Positions 60,858 through 64,000 of a DNA stretch of 64,000 nucleotides are shown here, in pieces. The notes under the pieces were generated by a model. It was given only the letters and a program-made list of their open reading frames with translations, had not been told where the DNA came from and searched no databases. The stretch is taken from assembly GCA_021827645.1 (NCBI GenBank), contig JAKAVA010000104.1, positions 2,840-66,839 on the forward strand, read 5' to 3'. This stretch comes from Planctomycetota bacterium. GTDB taxonomy: Bacteria > Planctomycetota > Phycisphaerae > WQYP01. Numbering within the stretch: the stretch's first letter is position 1; each line of letters begins with the position of its first letter. Made by a program: the position numbers and the translations under genes.

Positions 60858-62069
60858 CTACGAAACGGCCAATGTGGTCTGCTGTCTTGCCCATTGATCG
60901 GCGTCGAGCAACTGCGCCAGTGAGGGCCGGGCAATAAATCCGGATTTCAGATGGGAATTCAGCACATCCGCCACAATGGCAACAATCCGTGAAAATGGAA
61001 TTTTTCCCTGCCGAAATTCCCAATTGGCCACTTCGTTGGCAGCATTGAGTACCGCCCCGCTGGTACCCCCGCGCCGGATGACCTCGTAACCAAGATTCAG
61101 GGCGGGATATCGATCATGCGCGGGCATAAAGTCCATGGTTTTTACGTTGTTCCAGTCAAGCCGGTTCGAACATCCGTCGAATCGATTCGGATGCGTCATG
61201 GCATATTGAATGGCGGTTCGCATATCGGGCGTTCCGAGCTGAGCGATAATGCTGCCGTCGACAAATTCAATCATGCTGTGAATGATCGACTGAGGATGGA
61301 TGACCACATCAATCTTATCGGCCGATAATCCAAAGAGCCAATGGGCTTCAATCAATTCGAGTGCTTTATTCATGAGGGTTGCCGAATCGATGGTAATCTT
61401 AGGCCCCATATTCCAATTGGGATGATTCAAGGCTTCCTTAACCGTCGCCTTGGCGAGCGAATCCGGAGACCAATCGCGGAAGGGGCCGCCACTGGCGGTG
61501 AGAATAATGCGACGAATTTCCGACGTGCGACCACTCCGGAGCGATTGGAAAATGGCGCTGTGTTCCGAATCAATGGGGATGATGTTGGAGCCATATTTTT
61601 TGGCCATCGGCATCACCAAGCCGCCGGCGACAACCAGCGCTTCCTTATTGGCAAGCGCGACGGTTTTTCCATGGCGCACGGCGGTCAACACCGGCTTGAG
61701 GCCGACGGCTCCGACAACGGCGGCAATGACCATATCCACATCGGGACGGGCCGCCATACGCTCAAGTGCCTCACTGCCAAGTTCAACCTTTGTCCGGGAC
61801 CGTTTAAGCCTCGAGCGAAGCTTGTTCACATCTTCAGCATCGGAAGGATCCGAGAGAACTGCCACACGAGGTTTTACGGCCGCTGCTTGAGACGCGAGTT
61901 TTTCCCAATTGCTGCCGGCCGCGATCCCGACAATCTTAAAGCGGTTGTGGAGATGGGTCGCCACCTCGAGAGCGTTGCATCCAATCGATCCGGTGGAGCC
62001 GAGAATGGCAATCCGGCAGATTTTTTTTGCTTGTTTCGGGGGCTGAATCTTTTTATTAAGCTTTGGCAT
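60858..62069 (-). CDS. dxr: 1-deoxy-D-xylulose 5-phosphate reductoisomerase
   Basis: NADPH-binding IAILGSTGSIGCNALEV; start at MPKLNKK (ORF extends to 62129). Confidence 0.9.
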   Translation of the reverse strand: MPKLNKKIQPPKQAKKICRIAILGSTGSIGCNALEVATHLHNRFKIVGIAAGSNWEKLASQAAAVKPRVAVLSDPSDAEDVNKLRSRLKRSRTKVELGSEALERMAARPDVDMVIAAVVGAVGLKPVLTAVRHGKTVALANKEALVVAGGLVMPMAKKYGSNIIPIDSEHSAIFQSLRSGRTSEIRRIILTASGGPFRDWSPDSLAKATVKEALNHPNWNMGPKITIDSATLMNKALELIEAHWLFGLSADKIDVVIHPQSIIHSMIEFVDGSIIAQLGTPDMRTAIQYAMTHPNRFDGCSNRLDWNNVKTMDFMPAHDRYPALNLGYEVIRRGGTSGAVLNAANEVANWEFRQGKIPFSRIVAIVADVLNSHLKSGFIARPSLAQLLDADQWARQQTTLAVS

Positions 62070-62176
62070 TGTGCTGCTCGAGTTTCCGTTCCTCGCGTTC
62101 CACATACCCGGCGACCGGGCGGACCGCATACCGACAACTTACTTCCACCATGGGACGGCAATTTTTCCGGCCACGT

Positions 62177-63268
62177 TCATGAACTGAAGAGGAAGTGCGC
62201 TACATCCCCCTCCTGAAAGACGTACGTCTTGCCTTCAGAGCGAAGTCGCCCGGCAGCGCGTATGGCACTTTCGGTTTTGTACCGGACGAGATCATCCACG
62301 GAATAAATTTCGGCCCGGATAAACCCTTTTTCAAAATCAGTATGGATCACCCCGGCGGCCTGCGGAGCCGTTGCGCCGACAGGAATGGTCCAGGCGCGTA
62401 TTTCCTTGGGACCGGCGGTAAAGTAACTCTGGAGGCCGAGTATGCGATACGCCTCGCGGGCCACTGCCGCCAGAGCGGGTTCCTTCAGCCCCATCCCGGA
62501 GAGCATTTCCGTGCGGTCTTCGGGTGCCATTTCGGCAAGCTCCGCTTCCAGGCGGGCGCAAACGCAGACGACCGCCCCATTTTCAAGTTGGGCACGCTGC
62601 CGCACTTTTTCGACATGGGGGCTCTTCCCGTGGAGATCATTTTCATCCACGTTGGCCACATACAGCACTCTTTTGGCGGTGATGACTCCCATGGCGCGGA
62701 TCAGGGGCTCATCTTCCGGTTTGAGGCCGGTAAGTTGCCGAACAGGAATGCCGCGTTTGAGCGCATCGATCATGCGGTCCATGAGGCTTACCTGTTCGAG
62801 GGCGATTTTGTCGCCGGATTTGGCCAGACGCCGGTGCTTATCGACAGATTTTTCAAGCATGTCCAGATCCGCGAGCATCAATTCGGTATCGATGGTTTCG
62901 ATATCGCGTTGCGGATCAACCGAGCCATCGACATGGAGAATATCGCCGGAATCGAAACACCGCACCACGTGGAGGATCGCATCCACCTCCCGGATATGCG
63001 ATAAAAATTTATTACCCAATCCCTCTCCCGTGCTGGCTCCCTTGACCAATCCGGCAATGTCCACCACTTTAAGCGAAGCGGGAATTATTTTTTCCGTGGG
63101 GATATGAGCATGAAGTACGGCCAATCGCGGGTCGGGCACGCTGACGACGCCAACATTGGGTTCGATGGTGGCAAAGGGATAATTGGCCGCCAGAGCGCCA
63201 GCACTGGTCAGCGCATTAAACAGGGTAGACTTACCGACGTTGGGCAACCCGACAACACCAACTTCCAT
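62177..63268 (-). CDS. ychF: Ribosome-binding ATPase YchF (Obg-family GTPase-like)
   Basis: [22 protein letters not shown]1 motif; C-terminal TGS-like domain; 363 aa. Confidence 0.9.
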   Translation of the reverse strand: MEVGVVGLPNVGKSTLFNALTSAGALAANYPFATIEPNVGVVSVPDPRLAVLHAHIPTEKIIPASLKVVDIAGLVKGASTGEGLGNKFLSHIREVDAILHVVRCFDSGDILHVDGSVDPQRDIETIDTELMLADLDMLEKSVDKHRRLAKSGDKIALEQVSLMDRMIDALKRGIPVRQLTGLKPEDEPLIRAMGVITAKRVLYVANVDENDLHGKSPHVEKVRQRAQLENGAVVCVCARLEAELAEMAPEDRTEMLSGMGLKEPALAAVAREAYRILGLQSYFTAGPKEIRAWTIPVGATAPQAAGVIHTDFEKGFIRAEIYSVDDLVRYKTESAIRAAGRLRSEGKTYVFQEGDVAHFLFSS

Positions 63269-64000
63269 TTATGCCTTTCTATTCTTCCGAATGGTTTCAG
63301 ACGGATCCTTCGCACGGGGCAGGGCCTTTTCCCGCACCAGCAGTGTCTTTAATTCCGTAAGCTCGGCGATGGCCCAGCGCACGCCCTCGCGACCGATGCC
63401 CGATGCTTTGACTCCCCCATAGGGTAAAGCATCAATACGGGTGGTCGGGACGTCATTGACCACCACCGCTCCAACGTGGGCAGAGCGGAATACACGGCGA
63501 ACCAGAGACAACTGATCGCTGAAAATTCCCAACTGCAGGCCGAAACGTGATTTATTGATTTCACGAAGGGCGACTGAGATATCGGAATAAACGTCAATAA
63601 CCGCCACGGGACCGAACGCTTCATTTTGGACCACCTCAGCACCGGCGGGAACATCTGTCAGAAGTGTCGGTGCGTAATATGCACCGCTTCGCTTACCGCC
63701 GATGAGCACTTTCGCCCCGGACTCAACCGCAGATGCGACCCATTTATGAATGCGGACGGCGGCGGCTTCGTCAATCATCGGGCCGACGTCCGTTGCCGCC
63801 AAAGCGGGATCACCCACTTTCAATTGCCGGGTTTTTTCCACCAGCCGCGCCATCGCTTTGGGGGCGATGCGACGATGCAGGAATATCCGCTGAACACTGA
63901 TGCAGCTCTGGCCGGCGTATCCGAACGCGGCGGGCACGATTCGGTCCACGGCGTCAAATACATCTGCATCGGCTTCGACGATCACCGCAGAATTTGACCC
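63269..64000 (-). CDS. Aldehyde dehydrogenase family protein, C-terminal part only (N-terminus beyond the window edge)
   Basis: Catalytic Cys context AGQSCIS and C-terminal GGVKASGIGREG; stop codon immediately abuts the ychF start. Confidence 0.7.
   Translation of the reverse strand, partial: GSNSAVIVEADADVFDAVDRIVPAAFGYAGQSCISVQRIFLHRRIAPKAMARLVEKTRQLKVGDPALAATDVGPMIDEAAAVRIHKWVASAVESGAKVLIGGKRSGAYYAPTLLTDVPAGAEVVQNEAFGPVAVIDVYSDISVALREINKSRFGLQLGIFSDQLSLVRRVFRSAHVGAVVVNDVPTTRIDALPYGGVKASGIGREGVRWAIAELTELKTLLVREKALPRAKDPSETIRKNRKA

Overview
This is a GC-rich (roughly 58-60% by eye), gene-dense bacterial chromosomal segment. Two tandem proteins carrying the Planctomycete-type cytochrome c (PSCyt1-like CxxCH) motif and two PEP-CTERM proteins suggest a Planctomycetota/PVC-group organism. 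Most of the window is housekeeping and mostly minus-strand: rpoN, htrA, murD, pyrF, csp, kdsB, zwf, clpX, argH, alr, sua5/tsaC, fabI, rpe, pgk, rseP, dxr, ychF, plus a partial aldehyde dehydrogenase at the right edge. The most unusual content is an 8.8-kb giant ORF (2945 aa) that looks like a cyclic beta-1,2-glucan synthase (GT84 core plus C-terminal GH94 'GDWND' domain). It is flanked on both sides by paralogous PEP-CTERM proteins, and the whole ~12-kb block sits between tRNA-Asn(GTT) and tRNA-Leu(CAG). Other points of interest are a 4-gene overlapping operon (GldG-like auxiliary protein, ABC ATPase, ABC-2 permease, HEAT-repeat protein); two tandem PSCyt1+LRR paralogs; an FHA-GAF-histidine kinase with no partner regulator; a ~115-bp direct repeat present twice (~300 bp apart) in a 1-kb intergenic gap with a strong GC hairpin; and an AT-richer ~900-bp gap next to tRNA-Asn. 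No CRISPR array, integrase or transposase is recognisable. All calls rest on motif recognition by eye; no database search was run.
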